A stretch of 64,000 nucleotides of DNA from Macrostomum lignano (GCA_002269645.1 NIVC01001347.1:1-64000), one strand, 5' to 3'; positions 1 through 13,500 are shown, numbered from the stretch's first letter. Notes: generated from the sequence alone by a model not told the origin. Translations and numbers: made by a program.

Positions 1-2477
1 GCTTCAATCATACACAGATGCACATGCTGATAAAACTATTTTGGCTAGTTGATGATTTCTGCAGGGGAGCACAACATTGTGTACTTTATGTACGGCTCCA
101 CACTGATTGGCTCGTACAGGCACCACGGACTGGTGCCGTGGGACGACGATATCGACATTATGGTGCCAATAGCTGAGCGGGACCGCTTTGTCTACTTATT
201 GAGAACCAGGTGAGACTAACATTAACTAACTAAAATTGGAAGGAACGTGTCGCAGATAATAATCAAAATCACCCTATAAATGTCCAAAACCATCTCAAAC
301 GAATGAAGCCATTCTAAACGACAGAAAGCATTCTTAATAGTCGAAACTATTTTAGATGACCAAAGTTTATTTTAAATGATCGACCCCAGTCACAGAAATC
401 AAATTAATTTAGATGGTAAAAGATCTAAAAAAGACAAATTTTCTGTAGTATTGATAGTTAAGCTAAAAAGAAAGTCAAAAACTTGCCTACTTCCAAACCA
501 GAGCAAAGCACCTCCGTCTGTACACCTGGGCTCATCACTGGAAACTGTGGTCACCGGACACAACTGTTAAGCTGCTATTCCGCAACTACGGCTGGCCCTT
601 TGTCGATTTATTTTTCTACGGCGAGAACAGCACGCACATACTCGAAATGGATCCGAATTATAACGGACTCGCATACAAAAAAGAGCACGTACTGCCGCTG
701 CACTACAGGCCGTTCATGGGCCGCTGGCTGCCAGCGCCCAGGGTACGTTGAGCACTTTCATCTTTCAACTTATTAAACTCAGTGTAAAAGAGTAAAACTT
801 GTAAGGAATACCAAGCCATTTTTTGCCACGCTATGGTACAGAGTTAACACACTCCAGTTCCGAATCTGAATCAGTGCCTAGTACAACTCTTTAAAGACAT
901 ATTTAAGTGCCTGTATTCCAAACGGATTTCTCAATCATCTGACAGACCTTCGGAAATCTATCGCCAATCTTCGGAAAAGATATTTACACTATAGAAGAGG
1001 CAGTTCCTGTCATCAAATTTCAAATTACCTGCCGCTTTCTGAGCTGAAATTAATTCCGTTTTTGGTACTTCGGGCGTGTCATAAGTAATGTTACTGCAGG
1101 CTTCTGTCTAAAATATGTAGGCACATGGACTTGTGGGTAGCGTAGCTGCAAAGGAGATACTTAGTGAAGCAATACCAGTGCATTTGAGACGTGCATAGGT
1201 TGTTTATGGCCCAAGCTATCGCAAGAATACGCCAAGCAGATTTAGCAAGTGCAACGCGATGAAAAATCGTCTATGCAGCGAAAAAAAATCACCATGAATC
1301 TCGACAAGACGCCTGCATCAAGCAGATCCGCAAGGTGTTCAGCAGGCGGGGCTTGAATGACATCCTAAACTGCCTGGTTGCTGAGGATGAAAGCTGGCTT
1401 CACCTGGATGGCAAGGGCAGCAAGGCAGACAATCGCTGCTGGCTGGGAGCTGGGGACTCCAGGGCGACTGTGACCAGGAAGTCCATCTTGGACAAGAAGA
1501 CCATGCTGCTGGTAGCCTTCACGCCAAACAAACGAGTCTCCATCTGCACAACTCCACCGAACACCAAAGTCGATGGCCAGTATTTTATCGACTTTATCCG
1601 GCACACTGGAGACCTCTGGCGCAATCTCCGGTCAAATCCATGTCACCTGGACGAGGTTCTGTGGCAGATGGACACCGCACGGCCGCACACCTGTAAGGCT
1701 TTTTCGAATTTTCTGCCTGCATGGCGAGTGAATCTGCTCTGACAGAGTCCCTACAGCCCGGACTTCAACTTTTGCAAGAGATTCCTGTTCAAATGGCTGA
1801 AGGCTGACTTTTCCAAGAAGAGTTTCGCAAACCATGAAGAGGTCAAACAGGCCGCGTTGCACTGGTTACGGCAGTTGGAGGAAAAACACCTGTAGGCTGA
1901 GGTGGACAAGCTGTATGAGCACTGCCAGAGGGTGATTGATATTGGGGGACTCTATGTTGTTGAGTGGTACAGTTTTGTTCATCTGCGATTGCAAGTTCGT
2001 CTGTTTTCACATCAGTGACATTACTTATGACACACCCGAAGTAGTTGCACCATTGCAAACCTCACCAATGCTAACATTGTTGGCATTGTTTTCTAAACAC
2101 AAACGCATCATTCACCAACCGTCCAATTGGACCAACCAATCCAAACGCAGGACACGGCCAAATTCTTAGTGCTGACGTACCGAGACCCGGACGGATGTCA
2201 CAGCGCGTATTTCTACCATGACGTTGAGAAAATGGCTAAACGCAAGCAGAAAACCCGGTGCGACATGCTCGCTAAACGATTCCCGTTTGCTCTGAAGTCG
2301 CTACCATCGTCAACGCTAGACAACGGAATGACCGGCCTAGTGGAGACGCTGTACATTAGCGATAGGCCTCTGTACAGCGTGCTGGTGCAGGAGCCGAGCG
2401 CCTCACTGACCTACAATTACTCGATGCTGCTGATTAACTCGGTTGGGGTCGAGTACCACGAACCGTTTTATAACTGA
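1..2477 (+). CDS. LicD-family (fukutin/FKRP-related) nucleotidyltransferase-fold protein, 5'-partial; exons <1-209, 502-742, 2151-2477
   Basis: Exon 1 encodes YFMYGSTLIGSYRHHGLVPWDDDIDIM (LicD G-T-L-G...H-G..PWDDD.D motif). AG|GTGAG donor at 210 and CCAG| acceptor at 501 (phase 2). Exon 2 encodes GWPFVDLFFYGENSTH...LPLHYRPFMGRWLPAPR. GTACGT donor at 743 and CGCAG| acceptor at 2150 (phase 0). Exon 3 runs DTAKFLVLTY...RFPF...VETLY to TGA at 2475-2477. Apparent 1-nt frameshift at GGGG 64-67. Confidence 0.85.
1068..2041 (+). mobile_element. Degenerate, internally shortened mariner (DD34D-type) DNA transposon in LicD intron 2
   Basis: ~29-bp TIRs (CTTCGGGCGTGTCATAAGTAATGTTACTG 1068-1096; CAGTGACATTACTTATGACACACCCGAAG 2013-2041; 2 mismatches), with TA on both sides (1066-67, 2042-43). 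Transposase remnant LVAEDESW...KKTMLLV...WQMDTARPHT...(stop)QSPYSPDFNFCKRFLF, with in-frame stops at 1740 and ~1893. Confidence 0.92.
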
Positions 2478-3505
2478 TTGCTTTAGTAGATAATTAGAAC
2501 ACATTTTAACAAGCGCAGAACTGTGTGTGAAAAGCAGTGTTAGGCAAAGTTCCGGCGCAAAGACTTTGGTAACGGAAGTTACTTTTGATAAGTCCGGTAC
2601 CTCCGCTACTTGGAAATGGAAATTTAGGTGCCAAACTGCCAATTTAACACTTAATATTCCCCAAAAGTGCAAAACTTTCACCAAAATTCAATTATACAAA
2701 GGTAACTACTCGTACTCAAACAAATTAACAGAATGACTTCTCCAGTGTAGGAGTTAAAGATAAAGGCAATATCTTTAGGCTTTGATGCGCTGTAAACCTG
2801 AACTTTACAACTTAAAACATGACGTGCAATTAAATTTCTGCGAGGATCGAAAAGCATTCCCCTTTAATGCTTTATGCTCGTATTTGTTTCTTTTGCTTAT
2901 AAATTGCTTTGTTAAACCCGACTTATCCAGAAACAAGATACATTAAAAACAATAAACATCCTTGTATAACAACAACTCCTTGCAAGTTTTCTAGCAAGGA
3001 CCACGTCTAGCAGTACAGCAGTACGCTCCACTCAAGATTCGTGGAAATTTTTCTAAGGCCGATTTATTCATTTCGTGCAGGACGAGCGATGCATTCTAAA
3101 AAGTGTTTTATGAGTAATTATATTTTTCTATTGCAGCGCGAAGGCAGTAATCAAATTGCAGCTGTTAGTTGTCATTTTATCCTTTTTCTTAATTGTTACC
3201 TGGTAATTCCAAGGCTGCCAGAAGATTATCATTGATTCTAAATGAGTAAGCGGTATAAAAGTATACTTATACTACTGTAAAAGTATAGCTGCTGTAAAAC
3301 TACAGCACAGTACTAGTAGAGCAACGAGAATGAGCCGCACGAACTAAAAGTCGGCTGAAGTATTCTACTCATTGTGACACAGCTACTGGCAAAAAATGAT
3401 CTCCATCTATATTTGTGAAGAGTAAGAATCAACATTTGAAAATCGGCCTCCAGACAAGTTTTTCCACGAATCACGAGTGCAGAGTCCTGATATTGAAGAA
3501 TATCA

Positions 3506-3850
<345 letters not shown>

Positions 3851-6379
3851 TCAGTTGGTGTAAGTAGTCGACTAGAGAGTCTGGTATAGTTTTCTATGCA
3901 TCAAAATGTGAGTTTAATTTTATTTTAGTACACAGGATAGACTTTTTAGCACTCGTCAACAACTAGCTCAACTGAACTCACGCTGTCACGAGATTTAAAT
4001 GCTACTCCATGCCAATCGGTGATTCACGGGTTCGAAGGGTTTATCAACCACTTAGTGACCAGGATGCTACACAGAGGCGTAGCCAATTGGGGGGGGGGCT
4101 TTACAGTATAGCTTTGGGGCTTTACAGTGTAGGGCCCTACTACACCCTTGGCACTACTACACCCCTACTTTGATGATGCCGCGACTAGCTACATCACTTC
4201 TAGATCTGCCCGCTCGTGGTTTTTCGTGTATATAGAGGAATCTCTTGAAGTATGCCTATTGGATAGAATAAAATGATAATGATGAAGGAATGCCAAGCTG
4301 CTATCAAGTGCAACAATCAAATCCAACCGCTTATACCTACGAGTAATACAATCAGGATCATGGGTATAAAGTTAAAACCTTGTCAGTCACAAAATTTTTG
4401 AAAAAGATGTAACAAACGCAAGTTAAAATTGTCGGTTTAAATGTGCTTAATAAAAACAACTTCAGAAATCTGTTCAGAATGAACTACTTTATAGTATATT
4501 TTAGCTGATAATAAAACTTATCTTCAAAATTGTGCAGACACCCACGGTTTATTAAATAATTTATCTGGCTTTACAACTTACGAACGGGAAAATGAAATTA
4601 ATTAACTTACTAGATCTAAAGTTACAAAAAACTATGCTGCAAAAAAACTGAGCAACTTAGTCAACCGTGCTTGCGATCCTCAGTCAAGTCAACGGTTTGG
4701 GAAAAAAGAAACAAATAGAAAACACACGACAATCTATATTCAGTATACTTAATAGTGGTTGCATTAAGGTTCATTTTATACCGCCATTAGATGAGGCATC
4801 AGTTTACGACTGATGTACAACGCGACGAAAAATTATGTACACGCCACACAATGTGACCGTGCAAAATTGGCCGTATTTGATGGAGGCGTTAACAAGACTT
4901 GAGAGAGGCTGATGTAAAAACGAAAATATTTTTTTAAACTTGCTCGCTGGACATAGATAGGTGGGCTGGGGAGGAAGGACTGTCCAGAAAATCGATAGTA
5001 CAATTAATTCTCAAACAGCACGACCGGGGATAGAAAAATGGGTTGGGGTGGGGTTGATGGCTGACCAAAAAAATCGATAAAACCTTCAACCAGTGATATG
5101 TGACAGGAAGGGATGGGAGGGAAGGTTGTAGAGGGCTTGGCTTTGGGGGCCTTGGGGCTGACCATAAAATCGATAAACCCACCCCATTAAACATACGTTT
5201 AATATAAGTGTTTTCCAGATTTAAAAAAATTATGCTGTTAAAGCTACTGGATTGAGATAATAAAATCACAGCTTTTTACTATTAAATTAGACTATTATAG
5301 ATCTTAATATGCAGACATTTTAGCACAGAACTATAAAATGGACGGCAAAAAATATAAACTGTTGTATTGCGTGCACCAGAATCGGTTTGCGCATTTATTG
5401 CAGATTTATACTTACTTATGCTACTTAGCTCATAGTACACTGTAGTAGTATACATGGAGTCTTGACAGCTGTACAATTCTCGTACGAGCGTATAACAACT
5501 CGAAGCAGACAACGAATGAATCTGCGCGTTATCATGATGCGACACAATGGTCTACATGACTAGAAAACAAAATGACAAAAAACTTGTTTCACCAGACCAG
5601 ACCAGGGAAAACTAATAAATAAAGTTTAGCAACCGAAAGCGTGCGCCATGTGCCATTAGCAAAATTGGATATAAATATTGCAGGCTGGAATGTGGAAACG
5701 GATCAGAGAAAAAATACAAGATTGAAAAACATTTCAAAATTGTTAATCATAAAGAGCATCTGAGTGATCGGAATTAATTGACAACTTGTGAAAGTCTTAA
5801 TAAAGCACTATACGAGTAAAGGAAATCGAAAATGTAAAAAACGCAAATTATGTCAGATACAAAAATATTCAATAAAAGCAAGCTGCAACAAAAATAAGAA
5901 GCAAAAATAGGTTTTTTATTCATCAAAACTGTTAAATTCACAACTGCAACAAACTGCCAATTATTCTGTGATTGAACAGAGACAATCAACAGAAGAGTTA
6001 TAGCTGAAAAAATTAGGCTGTATATCCAAGGTAGGAAATTTAACTAAAAAACAGATACCAAGGCCCAGTAACTCTTCTGCTTATCTCTAGTAGATAGGCA
6101 ATTAGGCTTCAATAGAGCTTTTATCAACGACAATAGACAGGAGTTGGCGATGCACTAACAAAAACATACACGATTCTTTCACTCTTCATACAATCTGTTC
6201 ATGTGTAATATGAATTTTGGAATGTGTGGAATGTGATAGTACTAGCTAAAACATATTGCCATTTCGAATGTGCTTTCTTTTCCTTTTAAAACGTTGCATT
6301 TCGGAGCTTTGGGTAACTTTGAGAAACACGAACTTTTACACGAATATAGACAGTAGGACAAAGAAGCACAATTCATAAT

Positions 6380-8069
6380 TTAGAAGGCTTCAGTCCTGTC
6401 TCCACCCAGGCCTAGCTGGGAAGCGCTAGACGGGCCAGCACCGAAGGCAGTCACATCGTAGCGCTTGTTTGTCTGGGCAATATAAGCCGTAGGATGCGGC
6501 GCGGTGTCCACAGTGTACATGCACCGACTGTCGGGCCTCTGGCTCAGTCTGGGCAACAAGCAGGCGAATAGAAAGTGCGCCAACACTAGAATGGCCGCCA
6601 CTGGGCAGGCTGACGTCATGACGGCCATGTGCTGGCGGACGGCGAATTTCACCGGCCCAATACAGCCCTGGCCGTGCACTCGGTAGGGCGAGGACGACGA
6701 TTTGCCGTTTAAAGACAGGCCACTAACTGGGACGCAGTTTGGTCCGCCACTGCCATTGTAGCTACCCGACTGTTGCCAGTTGTGAGACGGACAGGTGCAA
6801 GAGCTAGGCGCAATCAGGATTAGCTCGGCAACAACTAACACGCCTGTGCCTGTACCGCCGGACGCTGTGGTAGTAGCGTCTTCAACGGTGGACGATGACT
6901 CGCTAGGCGTTGGCGCGTCACTTGTTGACAAATCGGACGGCGTGACAGTCTCGTCAAAAGAGGTTGGCACAGACGGTCGCGGCGAGTCGTAGTAGCGAGT
7001 TCCGTTACGATAAGAGTACCAATCGGCGTAGGACTCAGCGCCGCAGCAGCCGAATATGGACTGGAGCGATTCCCAGCACAGCAGGACGCTGGACGCTGTG
7101 GTGGACAGCGATGAAGAGGAACCGGCACCGCCGCCGCCTCCTTCGCCTCTGTTTAGGCCGTCCATATAGTCTAGCTTGGCTTGAACAAACAGGCTCTGCA
7201 CCTCTTGAGCCGTGTCTCGGGCCTAAAAATGTTTAAACACAAGTAAAAATGAATATGTTAGCCCGGGAGATCTCTACGACAAGGGTATTTACGTCCTAAA
7301 GAAGCCCTTTGTTAACAACGATCTTCCCTACATTCCGTCCAAATATTTGCATCTGCAGAAGCTTCTTTGGATTTCTATTGCACGTAAACAAAAATACCTT
7401 TGATTAAATAACACAAAAGGTTCCCAAAAAGAAAAACTCCCATACACGATCGACTTCCAAGTTACTGTAGCAGAGTTGAACCCAGGCAGTTTGACGAAAG
7501 TCAGGCGCGTTTAAGCGCTGAGCTACGCCCCCTATTGAAGCTTAAGAGAATCTGAAAAGAAAACGCACCTGCGCCTCGTTGCCATATTTAGCAGACAAAA
7601 CCAGAGTTCCAAACAGGCCGCACACGGACAATACAAGCAGCGCCAGCAGGACGGTGGTCACCTGCTGCATCAGAGCCTGCTGCTGCTGCTGCTCCGGCTG
7701 TTGCTGGTGCTCTGGCTGTTGCTGATAGCGCTGCTGCATACAGCAGATAAATAGCAGGCCGAGCATGCCGGAAGCCAGCAGCAGGATACCAGAGGCTAAA
7801 AATATCCACATCGGAGCGTAATAAGCAGCAAACACTGGGCAGGTCCAGAGCCGGATGCCAAGCAGCCAGGCTGACAGGCCCAGCAGGGTGAGGCCGGCTA
7901 TCAGAAAGGAGGCATAAAAGGCGCACAGACAGAGGCCGAGTAGCTGCGAGCGGAACGGCTGATCGCGCAGCCCACCGCCGCTGCCGCCGTCGGCGGTCGG
8001 TTCGGAGACAGCGTCAACGTCACGACTGTCGAAGCTTTCGTGTATTGTAGCAATCCGACGGCCCGACAT
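6380..8069 (-). CDS. Tetraspanin-family protein; exons 8069-7569 and 7222-6380
   Basis: Three hydrophobic helices in exon 1. The large extracellular loop carries the CCG motif (FGCCGAESYADW), further Cys, and GC just before the fourth TM (GCIGPVK). CAG|GTGCGT donor and TTTTTAG| acceptor are both phase 0. Confidence 0.85.
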
Positions 8070-8590
8070 GTCGATAGTTGACAAGAGCAGTCAGGTCAAG
8101 ATTAGGTAAGCTCGAGCTTGTTAGAGTTTAAGCAGAAATACAACCCAAGTCTTGCCAGTAAATAATGAATTTTCATAAGTATCATGTAGTCTACTACATC
8201 ATACCCTATCTATATTACTTATAGCGGACACATAAAACCTGTTAAAAACCCTACTGAGATTATTCAGGATTATGAAAGCTACCACACACTACTACTGAGA
8301 TGATCACGCGCTCTAGGGAAAGCCGTCCCATACTACTGAGATGATTATGAATTCTGACACTATCCTACAACAATCTACGACTTTCAGTCAATGCATCAAA
8401 TTTAATCTGAAGTGACGGGAACTATGCTTCACCCCTGTACAGCAAAAATTTATACAGTTAAATAAGATAAGAAAACACATGGAAATTACAAAGTCCGCAA
8501 TACAAATTTCTAATTTCATCCAGCATAACCGTATACTCGCGAATGCACACCAGTGTATTATAATAGTAACAATTAGCTATGCTCAAACAA

Positions 8591-9010
8591 CTAAGAATAC
8601 AATGGCATGCGCTGAAAGTGCACAGGCAAAGACGGATAGAATCTCGGACAGCTGGCCGAGTCCATCAACGAGTGCAGATGAGAAAACCAACGGGTGATGT
8701 TAGCAAACCGCTCCTTCTCCTGACAAGTCCAACGTTCCGTAACATAGCCGCCAAGGTCTTTGTACAGCAGCAGATCGATAGCTGTTAACCGTTCCCCTAA
8801 CAGGTAGGTCTGCCCAGCCAGGTAGCGTTCGTTAAGCAGCCGCAACGCTCTCTGCTCGTCCGCTTCATTGGCCATGCGCCTGAGCTGCAGAGCTCGGAAC
8901 TCGAGCAGCTCGTAAGTGAGCAGCTCTTCGTCCGGCGTGGCGAAAGTCAATTTTCGGCCGGCCAGAGAGCCGCCGAATTCGCGCACCGTAGCCTGGTATG
9001 GGGCGAGCAT
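8591..9010 (-). CDS. EEF1E1: AIMP3/p18 (EEF1E1)-like GST-C-fold subunit of the multi-tRNA-synthetase complex; true start uncertain
   Basis: LLNERYLAGQTYLLGERLTAIDLLLY...TCQEKERFANITRWFSHL matches the AIMP3 pattern LN.YL....YL.G...TLAD.LLY...T.QEKE...NVSRWF.H. Confidence 0.8.
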   Translation of the reverse strand: MLAPYQATVREFGGSLAGRKLTFATPDEELLTYELLEFRALQLRRMANEADEQRALRLLNERYLAGQTYLLGERLTAIDLLLYKDLGGYVTERWTCQEKERFANITRWFSHLHSLMDSASCPRFYPSLPVHFQRMPLYS

Positions 9011-9258
9011 GGCAACGGCGGACAGAGCAGCAGCTCAGGAAGCTGAGAAGCTGTTCAGCATGAAACAATGCACGAGGGACGAACAAACTCTAATAAGCAT
9101 TGTTGCAAGCAATGGAGAGCTGCAAGCACATACAGCAAGTCTGTAAACCAATAATCCTTGATTTATTCATTATATTAAAGGTCACAACCTGATAAGACAA
9201 GGACGATTTAAGTAGTATGATTAGCACTTAATTTATTGCGTAAAATGAAAAAACTTTT

Positions 9259-9280
9259 ACACACACACACACACACACAC
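9259..9280. repeat. (AC)11 microsatellite
   Basis: Read directly from the sequence. Confidence 0.95.
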
Positions 9281-9356
9281 TATAACCAGTATACTTTGTT
9301 TTTTTTGCAAAAACAAGTAAGACAACCACTGTACCCTCACAGTGTCCCTAGAACCC

Positions 9357-9770
9357 CAAGACACATTGGTCCCAGAGAACCCAGAGACATTGGCCTTAGA
9401 GACCCCAGACACATTGGCCCTAGAGACACCAGACACATTGGCCCTAGAGACACCAGACACATTGGCCCTAGAGACACCAGACACATTGGCCCTAGAGACA
9501 CCAGACACATTGGCCCTAGAGACCCTAGACACATTGGCCCTAGAGACACCAGACACATTGGCCCTAGAGACCCTAGACACATTGGCCCTAGAGACCCTAG
9601 ACACATTGGCCCTAGAGACCCTAGACACATTGGCCCTAGAGACCCTAGACACATTGGCCCTAGAGACCCTAGACACATTGGCCCTAGAGACCCTAGACAC
9701 ATTGGCCCTAGAGATCCCAGACACACAGAGCCCCAGAGCCCCAGAAACAGTGGCCCTAGAGCGCTAGACG
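9357..9770. repeat. 24-bp minisatellite (CAGACACATTGGCCCTAGAGAC[A/C]C), ~15 copies, intergenic
   Basis: Direct tandem copies; produces 8-aa periodic ORFs in several frames. Confidence 0.95.
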
Positions 9771-10518
9771 CAGTGGCCCTAAACCAAAAATGTGTATCTA
9801 TAAGACTCAACCTAGTTGAATGCTCTTTAATTTTTAGAAAAATAAGCCATAGAAGTGAACTCTCACCAATAGTTTAAAAAATGAGTATAACGGTTTTACT
9901 TGTTTCTTTGCAAGCAATAGTAAAATATACTGTATTAGAATAACTTGCTTACAAGAGAGAAAATGCTAACAATGAAAGAAGCTTTTAATCGCAGTTAATA
10001 TTGGCACTCTAAGAGCTGGCTGTCTCATTCTAAGACTATAGAGTTTGATGCGTTTTCTGTAAAGACATATCTTTCTTAGTGCAAAATATCAGTGCAGAAA
10101 AGTACCAGCAGCGACTCACTACTGTTTAACAAGTAGTATAAATGTAGCAGGACGTAATATTTCAAACTGCAGAAAATTATGAGAAGGCTCAACCTCGCTT
10201 GCAAATGATTTTAATTTTCTTAATTTATAACTTAAATTAACTTACTATTAACTATTAATCTGTGTTGCAATTATGGATAACTAAAATCAAAGGACGCTAT
10301 GCTCGCAAATGGGCAATATCTCACCTTTTGGACTTCCAAATTGCGTGCCTGTGCCCCATCTCTCCCCGAGGTGAATTTGCAAGTTTGTCAAACTATTTTT
10401 CCTGCAAGCTTCCAGTGTTTTTATCTGGCGTTCAGCAAAATTTTGCACGGGTTGCAAGTACAGCATCTTTCTACATTAGTTGTCCATAGCTATGTTCTTG
10501 TACAGTGGCCATCAGCAA

Positions 10519-13500
10519 TCAGCTGAACTGCATATCCCTTAACCGAATCTCCTCCTTAGCCGGATCAACCGAGTCAATAACGGCGATAAACCTGGCGCCC
10601 AGGTGAAGCCGACTGCGCCCGGCCGGGTCCCGAGGATACCTGCTGACGTGCAGCAGAGCTGAGCAGGCGCAGCCAATATCGCAGAAGGCGCCAAATTCAG
10701 CTACATTTTTTATTACACCGGCGACGGACTGGCCGGCCGACAACGAGGCAACGTCGGTGACGCCGTCTAAGAATAGCGGCGCGCCTGGCTGCCCAGCCTC
10801 CGCCGATGTCGGACCGGCACCGGCTAGCAGTTCCAGAAGGCGCCGGTCATCGTCTGAATAGTCGGCATTAGCTGCCGACTGCTCGAGGAACTGACGACAA
10901 ACTGTCGACAAATTGGGCGCGTCGGAGCGCAAACCCAGCCGAGCTAGCAGGCGCTCAGCTGCCGCGTAGGACTCCGGATGGACGCAGGTGGCGTCCAGCG
11001 GATTGGGTCGGTAGCTGACCGCCGACCGCTTGGCCCGCTTCCCGCCGGCCGTGTCCGGGCCGTCGTCGGTTGTCCGTTTTCGCTTGCCTCCCTTTGCAGC
11101 GGCTGGCGGAGGCGGCGCCGGCAGAGGCTGAGAACAGTCGTCAATGTCCATAGGTTCCTCCTGGTGCTGGTCGGGCACCTGCCGAAATGAAAATTAGTCA
11201 TGTTGTTAGGAGTTGCTTAGATGGTAGGGAGGAGAGTGGGAGACAGATTCACCTGGGTATGGTGGGGAGAGTGGGAGGTAGATTCACCTGGGTATGGTGG
11301 GGAGAGTGGGAGGTAGATTCACCTGGGTATGGTGGGGAGAGTGGGAGGTAGATTCACCTGGGTATGGTGGGGAGAGTGGGAGACAGATTCACCTGGGTAT
11401 GGTAGGGAGGAGGTTGGGAGACAGATTCACCTGGGTATGGTAGGGAGGACAGTGGGAGTAGATTCAGATTAACAAAAAAGTGAAGATTTAGAGATGGTAT
11501 CCCGACAACTCTGCTACAAGAGCAGGCCAACAGAGAGAGGACAGAGGCCCATTGCGCACCGAGTGATCCCCGCTGGCCGGTGCCGGCGGAAGGACGCGAA
11601 CAAATCCGGCGCACTGGTCGAAGATTGCCGGCCCGATGCCGCGTACCTCGCGCAGCTGGTCGCGGCACACGAAGGCACCATTGGAGCGTCGCCAGGCTGC
11701 GATTCGAGTTGCTAGGCCGCGGTTGAGTCCGGCAACGTGGGCTAACAGGTGCTCGGGTGCGTAGTTAAGATCGACGCCGGCGAAACTGATCACCTCCTGT
11801 TGGACGGCGAGTGCCCGACGCTCCAGCGCCTTCTCGCTGATGTCGTGCTGGTACATACCGACGCCCAGATGGCGGGCGTCCAGCTTGGCCAGCTCAGCTA
11901 GGGGGTCCTGACCGGGAAACAGAAGCTTTTTATTAGAGACAAGAGGCAGGATTGTCACAAAGCCGGCGAGAGGCATTACTGCCCATTCCATAGACTCCTC
12001 TGAGCAGGCACACAAATCATGTACACTTCACTGTGCCTTAGGGGGAGGGGTTGGCTCTCAAGGGCGTTAATTGCACGAGCAGAGCCAAGCCGAGATTCCA
12101 ATTAATGTGACTGCATTTGGAATCGAGCCTGGACCGCTGGCACATCAGAGCGCCGCGCCAGACCACTGGGCTAAGTTTTAATACTTATTGTTAATCATCA
12201 TATTCATGATCATATTCAGGTTCATGAGGCAATATCGGAGCGGACAGGCAAGGGACACTCAACGAGATAAGAGTGTTAAAGTGACACACCTGATACTACC
12301 CACAAAACTGATCCAAAACACCCCAGCTAACCCTAACTGAACCCTATACGAATTAGTCCGCCACGTGATTGAAACCAACCTGCAGTCGGCGAGCGATTGA
12401 CACGGCACCCCGATGGGCGATGTCCACATTTGGTAGTTCTTTAACAGCCAGATCGGAGGCGCTGTACACCGAGGCGCCGTCCTCTGATACCAGAGCGTAG
12501 CGAACTCCGCCAGGCAGACTGGGCAAGCAGGCGGAGACGAATTGCATAGACTCGCGCTTGCCCTGTGGTTAAGTGGGGTGTGCTTGAAATTGGGGCCTGC
12601 GGTTTGGTCTGAGTGGTCTGAGAGGTGTCTGAGGTTTGGGAAAAAGGACAGTGTCTGGGGTTTGGGGGACAAGGACAGTGTCTGTGGTTTGGGGGACAAG
12701 GACAGTGTCTGTGGTTTGGGGGACAGCGTCTGTGGTTTGGGGGACAAGGACAGTGTCTGGGGTTTGGGGGACAGCGTCTGTGGTTTGGGGGACAAGGACA
12801 GTGTCTGTGGTTTGGGGGACAAGGACAGTGTCTGTGGTTTGGGGGACAAGGACAGTGTCTGGGGTTTGGGGGACAATGACAGTGCTGGTTTCTGTGGTTT
12901 GGGGGACAGCGTCTGTGGTCTGGAGGGATAATGTCTGTGGTTTGGGGGACAGCGTCTGTGGTCTGGAGGGATAGTGTTAATGTGGTTTGGGGGACAGCGT
13001 CTGTGGTTTGGGGGACCGTGTCTGGAGCTTGGGGTACAGTGTCTGTGGTCTGGAGGGATAGTGTCTGTGGTCTGAAGGGATAGTGTTTCTGTGGTCTGGA
13101 GGGATAATGTCTGTGGTTTGGGGGACAGTGTCTGTGGTTTGGGGGACAGCGTCTGTGGTTTGGGGGACACTGTGTTAGATTCTAGGGACACCGTGCCTGA
13201 GGTTCGGGTTTAGGGGCGACTTTTTCAGCAATCAGGCTCACCTGTCCATCGCCGATAGCAATGTAGCGAAAGCCGCCGCTCCGCTTATACAGGCCGACCA
13301 GGGCTGCACAGGCGGCGGCTTGTCGCTGCTGGCCGCCGTTAATATGCAGCGTCTCTGTGGCAACTACGCCGCCAGAGGCGTCAATCACGGCCAGCTTGCA
13401 GCCGTGCCTATAGCCAGGATCCCAGCCGGCTATCTGACAGCCGCGCACAGGCGACTGCAGCAGCAGATGGCGCAGATTGTCGGCGAACACGCGCAGCGCC

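Noticed and set aside
9236-9877. Long periodic ORFs on both strands (e.g. 213 aa of DTRHIGPR repeats)
   Set aside because: Translations of a 24-bp minisatellite; open in several frames because the unit is a multiple of 3 and lacks stops.
12640-13170. TTTGGGG motifs as interstitial telomeric repeats
   Set aside because: They are only part of longer 21/27-bp units, not a simple telomeric array.
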